Origin: the human T2T-CHM13v2.0 reference genome, Homo sapiens
DNA length: 64,000 nucleotides
NCBI RefSeq assembly: GCF_009914755.1
Contig: NC_060928.1
Reading direction: 5' to 3' (one strand)
The translations under genes and the position numbers were made by a program. A model generated the notes under the pieces. That model searched no databases, was not told where the DNA came from, and worked only from the letters and a program-made list of their open reading frames with translations. Shown here one piece after another: positions 11,053 to 25,305 of this stretch. The first letter of the stretch is position 1; every line of letters begins with the position of its first letter.

Positions 11053-11239
11053 GTAAGCTGCTCTCCTACCTGGGGTCTACAATGTGCTAATAGGGTTATC
11101 TCCTCCCATTCAGGCTGGAGAATCAATAGAATGAGGAAATATTTAGTGCAAACACATTGGAGAGGTTTAACTTGAAATAATGACTGTTTGACTTTTATAC
11201 TGTCAAATTTCTTGGCACTTATATAGTAATAATAATAGC

Positions 11240-11410
11240 AATTATAATAGTTTATTGGGCAGTGTACTAGGTTCTTCTTTTGGATTATTCTACTTAATCC
11301 TTACAATAATATTTTAAGGGACAAACTATAGTTATCTGGTTTTACAGATGAAAAAAGGTCTAAGAGTTTAAGTAATTTGTCCAAGGTCATACAGTTAGTA
11401 AATGGTTCAG
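11240..11410 (-). mobile_element. MIR
   Basis: Contains 'ttttacagatgaaaaaaggtctaagagtttaagtaatttgtccaaggtcatacagttagtaaatgg'. Confidence 0.75.
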
Positions 11411-13359
11411 AGGTCATAGTTGCTTTCATTTACTCTGTTTTATCAGAAAATTGGTAGTAGGTTTATACACACATATATATATTAAAATCATCAAGCTGTA
11501 TACTTAAGTTTGCATACTTCACTATTAAATGTTGTGTCACAAATTTTTGTTTTAAAGTGAAGTATATTAATGTTATTATAATCACGTACTCATTTCACTG
11601 CATAGTACCTGAGAAGTCATCCTCTTCATCCGCCTCTGAAACTGAGCTCCACAGAGTTAGGAAGCTTGACCTGGGAGTGCAATTAGTTGACTAGAAGTTA
11701 ATGTTTCACTTAAATTTGTGCTGCAGACAGTTTAAAGAAAACTTGTAGTCTTCAGGTTGACAGAAAATTAAAATATGAATAGGACTTTTTTTTGGGATGG
11801 GGGGTGGGGGAGTTGTTTTCTGTGGGTTCCAGGGCAAGGACAGGTTCCTTTAGGTTTCCTCATGTGAGCAGGAAGGGCTATGAATCCTCCTCAGTGATAG
11901 ATGGATCCTCCTCAGCTCAGACGGTCTGAGCATGATTAACCAACAGTGTAAAGAGGCTCAAGATTTCTTTAGAGCCTGGTTAGGAGGAAAATTAAGAGAA
12001 AATTTCCTTTAGGCTTCTTAATTCATAGATTGCAGGCTATTCTTCCTCATCATACAGGTATTTTTTAAACCCATTTTTATATTTCTTAGACACTTAAAAT
12101 AGGAATGATACATAGGGCTGTTATTGGACAAATAGCAGTGGAAAAGAGATGATCATAGCTTATTCACTTAATAGGATTATGATGATTTGTGTTTTCTGTA
12201 ACGTAGCTTTTTGCTTGAAAACATTCCAGCAGAGCCTTGTGGTTCTATCTGTGCAGTCACCTGGCGAACAGCTGACTCAGATAATGGCTGGAGTCCAGCT
12301 CTGTGCCCCTATGGCTTTATTTATGTCTCTCTAGACTAACTTTACTAGGGGTTGAAAGAAAAAAACATGCCCAGAAGTGTTAAAGAAAATTGCTCTTGGC
12401 TTTTCATTTTTATTACCATTTTTCTTTAGAAGGTACAAATAAAAAATGCTTTAAAAGACTTTTATTTAACAAAATACGCATTCATTGAGAGCAAATCATG
12501 ACCATTTTTTGTGTCCTGCTTATCATTTCTTTCTGTCTGGCTCACTAACTTTTTTCTTTTATAATGGATGGTAGGGCTAGTGTAGAGGTAAAATACAGCA
12601 TCACTTAAATTAGCAAAAGGAGCCAGGCAATTCAAGGCAACGTAATTCAATAATATTATATAACTATTTCAGGGCAATAATCTGAACGATATATCCTTGC
12701 ATGTTAACATTTTTCCAGGAAATAGCTTCATCCATTTGCTGTCCTCTGAACTAGTACAAGCCTTAATCACTGAGTAGGGAGTCTCATTAGCTTTTTGTGT
12801 GTAGGTAATGTGGGGTCATTTACAGTGGCTGCATCCTGTGAAATCCAATAAAGGAAATCCCACAAGGAATGTGGTAGGCATGGTGAAGGACTGCATGTAC
12901 ATTTCATGATATGTTTTAATGTGCATGCTACTCTATCGTACTGAAAGGAAACCTGAAAAATCTGTGTTTGTGTGTATCTTTTTATGGTCATTTTTCTTTT
13001 TAAAGGTGGAGGAAAGTTATGCTGCCATTATTATGATTATTTCTGTTTCTAATAAACAGTATTACTACCATGCACCTTCTAGGAAATATGGCTCTAGCAG
13101 CTCCCATTTCTTGTGCGGAGTTCACCAATTTCATTATTTACTCTCTTACTTGCTTGATCTGTTTTAGCCTCCACTTACAGCTGGATGACTATCAACCGGG
13201 TGAATGTCTATCTATGTAGGGGCCCCTCTTGCCATTCATGTGAAAGGAAACAAACCCTATTCTTTGATCTTTGGTTACTGGATAGGATATGTTTATGATT
13301 TTCCTAGTATCTTACAGGCACTTTGCTTGCTGTCATCTTATGTCTATCCACAGAGGCCA

Positions 13360-13362
<3 letters not shown>

Positions 13363-13431
<69 letters not shown>
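13363..13431. repeat. Compound (CT)n(AT)n microsatellite at an Alu tail
   Basis: Directly visible in the sequence. Confidence 0.97.
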
Positions 13432-13434
<3 letters not shown>

Positions 13435-13441
13435 TTTTTGA

Positions 13442-13741
<300 letters not shown>

Positions 13742-16700
13742 TGAGCTATATAGGGGATGAATGTTCTTCTTATACCATTTTGCAGTTGAGAGATGAAGGC
13801 AAAGGGAAGATTCAGCATCAGTGCTGGGAATAGAACTTTAAATAGATTTCTGAATCTGAGACAAGAGTTTTAGGGACAGCCTAGGGAGATTCTAGAAAAG
13901 ATTGGAATAAAATGTTTTAGGGTTCTCTTATAAAGAAGAATAAAACCCTAGTTTGTGCTTTTCTAATCTTGATTTGCACATGTAAGGTAATTGGTTATTA
14001 AGTAAGCTCCAGACTGTTAAAAATTTAGAATGTTTACCCTCTTAGTGGCACTGTAAGATAATATATATATGTTACAAATAATTATTTATCTAAAAGAAGT
14101 AGTTTGTGATTAATTGTCAAAGCCATTAAAAAAACTTAGAGGGATTGGGATGGAGATCCTGCTAGTTCAATTTTGTCACATCCACCAGTTTAATTGCTAG
14201 CTGCTATTAATATTTACCGCATGTAATGCAGTTGGTTATGGTGGGTTTGTGGTCCTCATGAATCCATTATGGAAGCCACAGTTTAGCCACATTTTCCAAA
14301 GCTGATAAAGATGAATAATGGGTTATTGAATTCACTGTTGTTTTGAGAGAAGGATATAAAGGATTGGTACATGCTGAGTTTATGCTAGAAATAGCTGTGA
14401 TGTATCAGGAAAGAGGGGGGTGCATATCTTTTCCGAAAACATCAAGTGGTTTAGGAAGGCTAGCTCCTTTTCTCATATTATGCTCTGTTTCTGCTTATAA
14501 TTATTTTGTGAATGTGAGTATAGGCCGTTGGTTCCGGACACAGATTATTTGGTTAATACATCCTTTTGTTGTGGAGAATGCTGGAGGCATCTTCCGCAGG
14601 CATAATTAACTATATGAAAAAACTCAGAAAAGTAGAAAAGGGCCTCATGAAGATTATTCAGATAACTAGACGCTATTAAAAATTGTAACTCTGACTTATT
14701 TATTTATGAGTGAATAAAAAGAACTTAGTAACATAAATTAATGCTTTTTTTTTCCAAGCTGTCAAAGTAGGCTGTGCCCTTGCAGCCACACAAATGTGAT
14801 GTTTACTCTAATTTGTTAATAGAGAAAAAAGCTTCTGGATAAAAATAACATCTGTCCATTGACAAAAAACAGCTTGGGTCATGAAAGGAGTTTTCAGTAC
14901 ATTATAAAAGCTGAGTTTGGCAGGATGTACTTCAATCATAAAAGTTGTAACAGCTTTCGCTTCTTTGAAGGTTAAAGGAGAGAAAACATATTTCAGGCAG
15001 AGGGAACTTCAACTTGTTGGATTGTTTTGTGTTCAGTTTTCTCGGATTTCTCATCCCATTTCAATAATGCAGTCCAGATTAGAAGCTTCTTAAAGGTGTC
15101 CATTCCTCCAGATGACATTTTTGGCTTGAGGTTATGTTTCCTGCTGCTTATGAATGCTTGGATTCTCTCTATTTATCATTTTAAGGAGGCAGATTTACTG
15201 AATTATTCCTGATTGGAGTAATGTGAAAATTTTAACTGGTATGTCCACCATGTTGGTTTGGCCCTTGGTGTTATTCCATTAATGAAGAAATACCTTCTTT
15301 AAAAAATAAAAATTGCATTACCCAGGAAAGAGGAATACTACTTTTATATCTGTGTTACTGAACCAATATAATTCTCATATATTGTGTTTATTGCTATCGT
15401 GTAGACACCATTGATCTGCTGCTTCCTTTCATTCTTTGACTGGTTCTATTTAGCAGAGAACAAAGAGTAAATATTTTATAGAAAATGTCTGTCCTCGTCT
15501 CATAGGATGTAACTTGGAGGCTCCATTACTCTATCAGCTATTGGAATACCCACTGCCTGCCAAAGTTTATGTTTGAGGACTATTAATGACTGAGAATGTT
15601 TTTTCACTAACTAGACAATGTTTTGGCTTTGTTGCTATATAGTCAACCTGATAATTAACTCATTATCAGTGTCAGTTGATAAATACATTTCCATAATATG
15701 TATTTGTAAGCTATAATCATGATGGAGGTGCTAGGGAGAGGTAGGAAGAGATACAGAGTGTTTGGAAAAGTTTTGGATATTATGCATTACTGAAAAGTTA
15801 ATATTTAGATACATGAAGATAATAAAAATGGAAGCAGAAGAAATCTATTATTTAAAAATGTACTAAGGATCCAGGTGTTAGATATTTTCTCTTGTGGCAC
15901 AGCATCTGCCCCTTTTCACCTAAACCCACACCCTTATTGAATTGAAACATGACCATCTGTAGTCAGGCAAACGAAATTGAGAAATGTGACCAGTACTTAT
16001 GTTTCTCAATGGGATTAAAGCATTATTTTGCTTTAATCATTAAATATATTTTGTGCATGTTGCACTCAAATCAGTGATCAGTCCCTTTAGAAAAATACAC
16101 TTTACAGTCCTAAAGAAGCACTTTATAATACTATACGTAGTGGCATATAATTAGGGGCCAGCTTCGAAGGGACAAAAGTTCTAGTGTCAATTGAACTTCA
16201 GTGTTAAAAGAGCTGAAATTCAATTCAAATAATGACTTCCTTCATACTTGAACAGACTTTGGTGCCTGCTGATTGCTATCTACTTTGGTAACACTTGAAA
16301 GTGAGTGTGCTGCTTCACTTCAGAGCTGGTTTCTAAGCAAATAAGTACTAAGTGGTTTTATGGTTATTCTGGTATAAAACCTGAGTATTCAAACTTTCAG
16401 ACACCTTTTTACATTCTTCATTTCTGGGATTTTAGAATCCCTTTTGGGTTGAATTTTATGATAAAAAAAAAGTAATTATACATTCAAGGGCATTTTGGAA
16501 CAGACCCAAACATTTTTTAAAGTATTTGCTGTCAATCCTTTTTTATTTGAAGTGAGGGATATAAATAAGTAAGTTAAAAATAAAATTCTGCTGAGCAAAA
16601 TGGCAAGCTGTTTCTGGTACCATAAAAATCTTACCTAAGATTTCTTGTCCCTGGCTAAGCATCCAGAAGTGACCCAGAGTGACCTATGGAAGACTTATGG

Positions 16701-17924
16701 AAGTCATTTTTGGACTTCTGTTAAATCACAACCTTGGTATATCAGTTGGGCAGGTAGTATTAGGCAGAAATATGTGGTGAAAAGAACAGGAGGTAAGAAT
16801 GCCTATATATCTACTCTTTGTCATTTACTAGGCACAGATCTTGGGCTCTTCCATTAACCTCCACCAGCCTCATTTTCCTCACCATTAAATGGGAATAGGA
16901 TACTTTCTTTACTGCAGAGGGTCATATGGAAATGTAAATAAAGTGATGAATGTGAAGTGCTTTGGAGGCCTTATAAGCTGGGCAGGCATATGATGTTATC
17001 ATTTTTATTGTCCTCATTATCTCCCCGTTAGGTGATACATGATCAATATCAAGGTGGGATTTATCCCACGTCACCTTTTGTAGATTTTTTTGTAAATTTT
17101 TTCTTACTCATTTACTCATCAGATCCCCGCATCCACAGTGCCAACATGCCACAGGGCAAAGGCCCTGTGTGATAAGTGAGGGATTTTTTCCAACTTGGTT
17201 AGAGGTGAACCTAAGTGGGGTTAAGTTCGTTATTGTATGTTTCAGGACCTGTTTGCTATGAAGCAATGTTTTGTGCATTATGAAGAAAAAATGTTGGTAA
17301 ATGACAAGAGGACACCCACAAAATAATTTTGACTGTCTGTGAATGATGCTTTATTTTGAATTTCTCTCATATTTCTCTTCCCTTACTTTGGCTGTCACCA
17401 TGTGGCTTACTTGTAGAGGACTTGGTTTTTGCTGATTCCCAGTCACTTCTGAGTAGACATATTTCTTAAAAGTGTGGAGACGATCATCTGTCACTGCCCA
17501 TATTGGGTAAGGAAAAGTCAGAGAAATGTGAAGATGCACTAACTCTTTCTAGTTATTGTGCTTGATGGGTTTGCTCCAAAGATTCTGAAAATCAGTAGAA
17601 ATGGAGAGAGAAAAAAAGTTTAAAATAGAAAGATTGAATGACTCATATTAAGCACTTGAAGTGCACCTTTCCTGCTCAGTGAAGAAGCTTCTCAGGTTTC
17701 TATGCTATATTCTCATTTGCCTCCAAATAAACTGAACAATGAACTGTGTTTTGCAATAGTGCGAAAGAGTATATTCTGTACTACCAATAATATATTACCT
17801 TTGTTTTAAAGGTGAATTCTAGACCTAACCTTTTTATGAACTAAGTTAAACATTTCTCAGTTTTATGTATGTTGAGTTTGATGAAATGTGTGTTATAGCC
17901 TTTGCTTCTTTCCTTTTCCATTAG

Positions 17925-18012
17925 GTTCTTGTTCATTCTCTTAGGTCCTAAGGGGAAAGCCAAGTCCTACCACGAGATTGGCAGAGCCATTGCCACCCTG
18001 ATGTCTGATGAG
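17925..18012 (+). CDS. SLC4A4: SLC4A4 coding exon (88 nt)
   Basis: Boundaries ttttccattag|G TTC ... GAT GAG|gtagga. Encodes (R)[29 protein letters not shown]. Includes R298 (NBCe1-A numbering; AGA at 17983-17985). Not in the ORF track. Confidence 0.97.
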
Positions 18013-18291
18013 GTAGGAAATCAGGAAGATGGAGTTCTGTGAATGTCCTACTTGTTTGTTGTCATACTGTGAATTGGCTGTCACAATTTATTCAATTAGA
18101 ATTATGTGGTTACTAGACTTCCTTATAGCATGAGGTACGGTCATTTGAGACAAATGAGCTGAATCCTATATGGTTTGCAAAAAGTAAGGCATGCATTTTG
18201 GTTTTCTATGGGATTCTAAACTCTGTTGGAATAAAACATATTTTCCTTTCTTTTACCAAACATTTTCATTTCTTAAAACTGATATATGTCA

Positions 18292-18633
<342 letters not shown>

Positions 18634-19299
18634 TTAACTTAAACTTTATCTCTTGAAGTTTTAATACACTAATTCTGGGAATTCAAATGTCTATATTCTA
18701 TATTATTTCAGAAATGATGGGTTCTATAAAATAATGTCTAATAAAATGGATAATGCATTTTTTCTTAGGTATCAGAAAGTACATGTTTTATGGTTTTCTT
18801 ATTTCGTGGGAAGGAATGATACACATCTAAAAATGCATTAGCAACCATTATGGCAAAGTATCTGTACAGGTTGGAATTATGACCCCATTTATTTTCATAA
18901 CAGCCTGGATGTTACATGCATTTTAGATATGAGAAAATTCTGAACTATTCCCATAGGAGGAGAAATACTGTTAGAATACAGGATCATTAGTTTCTGCTCC
19001 TGGGTCTTTCTGGGCTTACTATTTCCCCAAATGTATTGCTTTTGCTTCATTGCTTGATTTGTCGGTTTTTCTGTGTGTTAAGTGGAGAAAGGGGTACCTT
19101 TCTCCTTAGTTATAGATGTTCCATGTGGTGATTACTCAGGTAGCTATTTTATTCTGTGACTGAAAGCTTTATGGCTATGCTGCTTTTTCCCTTCAAGGGA
19201 ACATTTATTTTATTCATCTCAGTGCATTCATTTTATTTTTTGCATTTTTGTAATTTAGATCTGTTTTAAAAAATACTTTCTCCTAAGATGTATCAATTA

Positions 19300-19750
19300 A
19301 GAATACTTTAACAAGTGAGATTTAGAGTGGCTTAAACAATTTGGGATTTATTTGGAAGTTTGGAGGTAGGTAGTTGCTGGGGTTATTTTAACATAACGGC
19401 TTAATGATAAATCAAGAGCTAAGGCTCTTGCTAAATTTATGATCTTAAAATAGCATGTTTTCTTTTCCTGTCAGTATGGTAAAACGACATTGCCTACCAT
19501 CAGCTCCAGTCATCTTATCTGTATTTATTCAAAGTAGGAAGAACAGTGTGGTAATGCTAGCTGTATCTCCCTTTTTAAACAGGTATTCTAGAGCTTTCCC
19601 AGACAGCCTTTTTCTTATATCTTATTAGTTGGAATTGTTCATCTTTATCTGCACAGTTGGCTGGGAAAGTGAATCTGTGACTTTCCAGCCTCTATCATGA
19701 GAAACAGCAAGAGAAAGAAAATAAGGTTGAGGATGGCTATATCAGCCACA
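19300..19750 (-). mobile_element. MaLR LTR remnant (MLT1J/K-like)
   Basis: Contains 'agtggcttaaacaa...cagctccagtcatc...ggctgggaaagtga...cagccaca'. Boundaries approximate. Confidence 0.55.
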
Positions 19751-20666
19751 GATTATGTGCTGGCATTTTGTGTCACCCTCCCCTCAACCCCACAACCCCC
19801 AGACTGTTAAATGTTACTTAATTGATAGCTTTTAAAAATTCTTTTCCTAGAGAAGTGGTTTAGTCACAATCTTTAAGAATAGGTAAGGGTATTGAACAGG
19901 GACCATCTTCTCTTCTGAAGACTAAAGAATTTGACTTATGAAGTATGAAAGACTTAGGTTATATGTAAAGAAATTTCAGATCATCAGCTCTGTTAGAAAA
20001 ATGGAATGATTGACAGAAAGATTGTGTACATTTTGGAACCTCTTTCTTTGGAGATCTGCATAAAAGATATGAAGCACTTGCTGCATTAGATGGTTTAGTT
20101 GTTGTCTTGCTAAAAGATAGACAGATGATTGACTATTTAAGGCCTTTTGGTTAATGTGCTGCCAATATAACCCAGATTTTTCTTTTTTAAATATCTCACA
20201 TTGTGTGTTTGAGAGCTCAGTGTTTGGGTCTTAACCCGATCTTAACACTCAGCTTGAACTTTTCCTTCTTGAGTTATCAGCAATTTTTATCCCAGTAGTT
20301 TTTATTTCAGGGAATGACTCTTCAGTATATTTCTCCAAACCATTTTAATCTGGCTCCCATAGCAACTGTATCAGTAGTGGTACATACCAGTGGGAGCTGA
20401 AAGGCAATGTTGTTTTATATTATTGGTAGGAAAAAAAACCACATAAAAACATAGCTGTTTCTTCAGGCCTCTGCCTCTATTCTTTGAAATCATAATCTGA
20501 ATGCCTATATTTTCGGGGGGCAGGCTGAATAATAGGGACTATCAGAGCATGGCTGGATTAATATTAATAGCACAGTTGTTATGGGCTGCATTCTTCAGGC
20601 TTGATATGGTGTGAAGCATGTACAGAGTTATCTTTTTGGATGAGCACATCTTTTATTATTCTTTAG

Positions 20667-20821
20667 GTGTTCCATGACATTGCTTATAAAGCAAAAGACA
20701 GGCACGACCTGATTGCTGGTATTGATGAGTTCCTAGATGAAGTCATCGTCCTTCCACCTGGGGAATGGGATCCAGCAATTAGGATAGAGCCTCCTAAGAG
20801 TCTTCCATCCTCTGACAAAAG
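20667..20821 (+). CDS. SLC4A4: SLC4A4 coding exon (155 nt)
   Basis: Boundaries attctttag|GTG ... AAA AG|gtaaat. Encodes [51 protein letters not shown](R). Confidence 0.97.
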
Positions 20822-21465
20822 GTAAATTATAGGCAGTTGATAATTTTCAGTAGCTGAGATGACTCTGAGAAGGAGGTTGTGTTAAAAAAAAAAAGTGAAG
20901 TCAACCTGTTGTTCTAATATTTTCAGGTTCCTGTTTAACTTGATGTATTTTCTCAAATGGATCACTTATGTGCCTTGGTTTCACGTTTCCTTGGCATTGT
21001 AAAATAAATGTTATGTGGTATGATGTTCTTCAGTTATTATAAATTGGAGATCTCAGATTACTACATGGGAATGTATCACAGACATGCTTTGGCGATGTTT
21101 TGGGGACCCCCTGTATATCTGGAAACATAAATTTACTGAAGATGAGTCCTTGTAGATGTACATGGTTAAGACATTGGGTAAAATAGTTGAAGAGAAACAA
21201 TTTTCTAGAAATCTATTTTTTCCCAGTTGAAGCAGTTTCCCTCTTTTAAGACATACAGTTCATTCAACTTTCCTATTCATCCAGTCATTTGTATTGGTTC
21301 TAAATGTAACACTTAAAGAACTGTCTGTTAGATAGCAGAAAGAAATAACAATCTTTCACCTTAAGGGTTTTCACTCCATCTCTCCATTAGCCAGAGCATG
21401 ATACAGCTAAGAAGCGAATGAATAAAATAAACTAATATACTCTTGGGCTCTGTTGTCTTGCTTAG

Positions 21466-21579
21466 AAAGAATATGTACTCAGGTGGAGAGAATGTTCAGA
21501 TGAATGGGGATACGCCCCATGATGGAGGTCACGGAGGAGGAGGACATGGGGATTGTGAAGAATTGCAGCGAACTGGACG
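21466..21579 (+). CDS. SLC4A4: SLC4A4 coding exon (114 nt), Gly/His-rich linker before the membrane domain
   Basis: Boundaries tcttgcttag|A AAG ... GGA CG|gtaact. Encodes (R)[37 protein letters not shown](R). Symmetric phase 2-2. Confidence 0.96.
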
Positions 21580-21654
21580 GTAACTGACAGTTTCCTTTGC
21601 CATTCATGATGAGGTTCTCCTTAAATGTAAATTTCCCTTCATCTATCAACATAT

Positions 21655-22110
21655 TATTCACTAGTTTGTTCATCTGTTCAGCCAACAAATATTTATGGTA
21701 TACCTATTTGTCACAGGCACTGGGAATATAGCAGTGAATTAAATGATACTGTATTCCCATAAGGATCTTATATTGTAGTGACAAGACATAAACAGTAAGT
21801 GAATAAGTAAATGTGGTGATGGTTTTATGGGGAAAATTAAGGCAGAAGTAGGGACTTTGAGGATGGGAGTATTGTATTCCAATTTTAGATAAGAGTGGTC
21901 AGAGAAGGCCTTACAAAGAATGGCAACATTTGAAGAAAGTGCTACAGGAGGTGGGAGACAGACCAGGTGGGTGTGGTGGGTGTGTGGGGGTGGGCTGCAA
22001 CAGAGTGCCTGGTGTGTGACAGGGCTGGCATCAAAGCCAGCAAGACTAGAGGGGAATGACTGAGGGTGTGTTAGGGTCAGAGAGATGGCAGAGGACTGAC
22101 AGATGTACCA
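21655..22110 (-). mobile_element. L2 3' fragment
   Basis: Contains 'ccaacaaatatttatgg...caggcactgggaatatagcagtgaa...gtggtcagagaaggcctt'. Confidence 0.75.
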
Positions 22111-23019
22111 GCCTTCACCTCTTGGCTTTCATAATTCCATTTCTCACCTGTATGTGTATTCAACAGTGAGTAGCATGATATAGGAATGAGTTCTCACTGT
22201 TCTGCCTCCTTAGCCTGCAATTGGGAATTCAGGTTTCCTAAATTGCTTCAGCTAATTTCTTTCCATGATAACTCTTCCTTCCCTACCATTAGATTGTTCC
22301 TTTTATTGGGTGTTAAGTAAAATTTTAAGTGGGATACTTATTTTATGAAGATATGGCTTTTTAAAAACACTGCAGGGTTTTTTTTAACATGAAAAGGTAT
22401 GTCATTATAATATGCAATTGAATGTGAATGAAATGAAGTTATTTCATTCTCCTGATGACCCACTTGGATTTCTCTCTCAAATTAACAGGATATTATTCCT
22501 CTGTCCTTTATTCTGAAAGGATAGAGAACATAAAATCTTCTCTCCTCTCCTCCCCTAACCTTTTTTTGAATAGTTTTTTGTAAATTATTTCCATTAGGAA
22601 TATCCTTTTCTTTTTTTACAGACATGAGTTCTGGGCTTTAATTTTTAATTTAATCAGAATATATTTCATTCTTTTATATTTCACCTTTGCTAAACTAATT
22701 GAATGTCTGTAGTATGCCTGGTACCATGCATAGCCCTGTGAATACTAAGAAAACTGAAGCAGGGCACTGAGTGCGGCTAAGGTCCAGTGGTTGTGCAGAC
22801 AGATAGATGGACGATCCTAATAAAATGTAATAGCCAAGAGTGGAAATATGAACTGTAAGTGCAAGGTCAAGACTTCGGAGAGCTGTTGAGCTTCAGAATA
22901 GGGCATTCTAGGCAGAAGCCCTGGGGAAGACTGAGGTTTGAGGCTTGGTTGGGAGGGTGAGTAGACTGACGTGCAAGTCACTCAACTGACCTGCTGACAT
23001 TTGTCATGGGACTCAGCTG

Positions 23020-23412
23020 CATTTCCTCCCATCACACACCTCCATGGCTTCCTCCCTTAGTTCCTTCAGGTCCTTACCCTAAAGTCACCTTCTTGGAGAC
23101 CTTTTCTGGCCACTCTATCTAAAATTTCAACCACCTTTTTTCCAGTACTACATAATGCTCTTTCCCATTTAATTTTTCTTTTGATTTTTATCACTATGTG
23201 TTGCATTTATTCATTTATTGTCTGCCTCCTTTTCATCCCCAGAGTAAACTCCATGAAAGCAGAGGTTTTTTGATGCATGTTGTTCACTGTTATGTCCTCA
23301 GCACTCAGAAGAGTGCCAGAGTGTGGGCATATCGCAGGTGCTCAGTAGCATTTATTGAAGATGAAAGAATGAATGATGAATAAATGAGTGAGTGAATGGA
23401 TGAATGAATGAG
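23020..23412 (+). mobile_element. L2 3' end
   Basis: Contains 'gtaaactccatgaaagcagagg...tgttcactg...caggtgctcagtagcatttattgaa...gaatgaatga'. Confidence 0.8.
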
Positions 23413-23771
23413 GGTGGAAAGGGTACTATGGCGAGATGATGAAGGGCCTTTATATGATCTGCTTGCATATTAGGACGTTTTTCTCTAGGCAATGAAACAT
23501 TTTAATGTATTTACACAGTTCACTCTTTTCTAAAGACCAACTGGCTGATCTTCAGGAAATGTGACACCTAATTTGGTGACCCAAAAAGAAAGAGATAGAA
23601 GAAAATTTATTCCTTTATAGTTTTCTGGTTTCATCGTAAGTGGTTAAGTAGTATCTTGTCACTGATTCAAGCATTTTAAATATGTTGTGTTTGATTTAAT
23701 GAGTTACCTCTTGATTAATTTGATGGTAATTTACTTTACATTTAGTGGATGTTTGCATTCTCTCTGCCCAG

Positions 23772-23946
23772 GTTCTGTGGTGGACTAATTAAAGACATAA
23801 AGAGGAAAGCGCCATTTTTTGCCAGTGATTTTTATGATGCTTTAAATATTCAAGCTCTTTCGGCAATTCTCTTCATTTATCTGGCAACTGTAACTAATGC
23901 TATCACTTTTGGAGGACTGCTTGGGGATGCCACTGACAACATGCAG
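23772..23946 (+). CDS. SLC4A4: SLC4A4 coding exon (175 nt), TM1
   Basis: Boundaries ctctgcccag|G TTC ... ATG CAG|gtgggt. Encodes [58 protein letters not shown], including S427. Confidence 0.97.
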
Positions 23947-25019
23947 GTGGGTATGGTTTTGAGGAGGACACAAATAGTACAGCCCAGATTGCCTTCCTCA
24001 CCCCTACAGCTCAGTTAGAAGCAGATGGCCTTTCAGTTACTCAGCGTGATTTTCTTTCTTTTGCTGGATGCTGCATTTTACTTTGCTTCTGGCCTGCTGC
24101 TGTATTTCCAGCATTTTAGTAATTATAAAAATAGCTCGATGAAATCTGGCTTGAGTCACAAGTAGGGAAAGGAAGGGAAGGAAATGAGGATATACAATTC
24201 TATTTGGGCAAAAGCATATCAGCTGCTTTAATTTTGTACAGTGCACAAGGTTTAGATCTTCTACTAGTTTGACTATGTGGAACATATTCTGTTAAACTTG
24301 ATGATTACACTTTCTTTGGGAATGTATGATTAGCTTAATTTTACACATGAGCAAATAGCTTCCAACCATTGAGCGATTTGCTCAAAGTTGGGTTTGCATG
24401 TTTACCAGTATAATTTGGTTTTAATGAATATAAGCTAACAGTTATATCTCCTGCAGGTGGACCTGATTCTCATTAAGCTGTAACGACTCTGGCTTGACTT
24501 ATTTTGTATGATTAATTGTAACCACAATTAGTTGGTTACTTCTCAGATAGCATTATCTTCCTTTTGCAACAATAATAAAGTTTTGGTGATAGAAAAGATG
24601 TGTCTGATTCCCTCCACCAACCAGAAAAATATGTCCCAAATTACTTTTAGTTGGTCCAATCCTTTTCAGAAAAGCTATTGTGCTAGGTGATGAATACGAG
24701 TAGTGAATGAAGTTATATTCCTATGAAAAGGACCAGATTGAAGCCCTTTTCACACTTTTCCTTCCACTTTACTATATATTATTGTATAACCTATGTGGTA
24801 TTCATAAGTGATGCCAGCCAGCTTATTTTTTTTTTAAATGCAGCTGATTCCATAGGATTGCTGTTTTTCTACTTTGGTTTTCTTTCCTGGGCACATGCAT
24901 ATTTTAGATTTTTGTCTAAATACAAAAATACTATGGAGATTATAACATCTATGTTGACCTAAGTAAAAAGGGAGAAATTATACAATTGTATTTTAGTTTG
25001 TCAAGTGCAGTTTTATCTT

Positions 25020-25305
25020 TTAGTTCTTATCTAGTACTGCATAGCATGTTACCCCAAAACTTAGAGGCTTGAAACAACCATTTTATTACTCTCTTTCATG
25101 GCTGGATGGTGGGTTGGCTCAGCTGAGTGGTTCTCTCTTTGGTCCCTCATTCACTTGCAGTCAGATGGCAGCAGAGGTTGAGGTCACGCAGCAGCTTCTT
25201 TACTCATGTGTTGGTGCCTAAGCTAGGATGTCCAGAATATTTGGGGTCTGGATACTCTCCACACGACTTCTCCACATAGCTAACTTGGGCTTTCTCACAG
25301 TGGGG
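25020..25305 (-). mobile_element. MaLR LTR remnant (MLT1)
   Basis: Contains 'ttaccccaaaacttagaggcttgaaacaacc...ggctcagctgagtggttct...ttgcagtcagatggcagc'. Confidence 0.7.

Noticed and set aside
23749-24018. ORF extending beyond the TM1 exon on both sides
   Set aside because: Short intronic read-through around clear splice sites; the true exon is 23772-23946.
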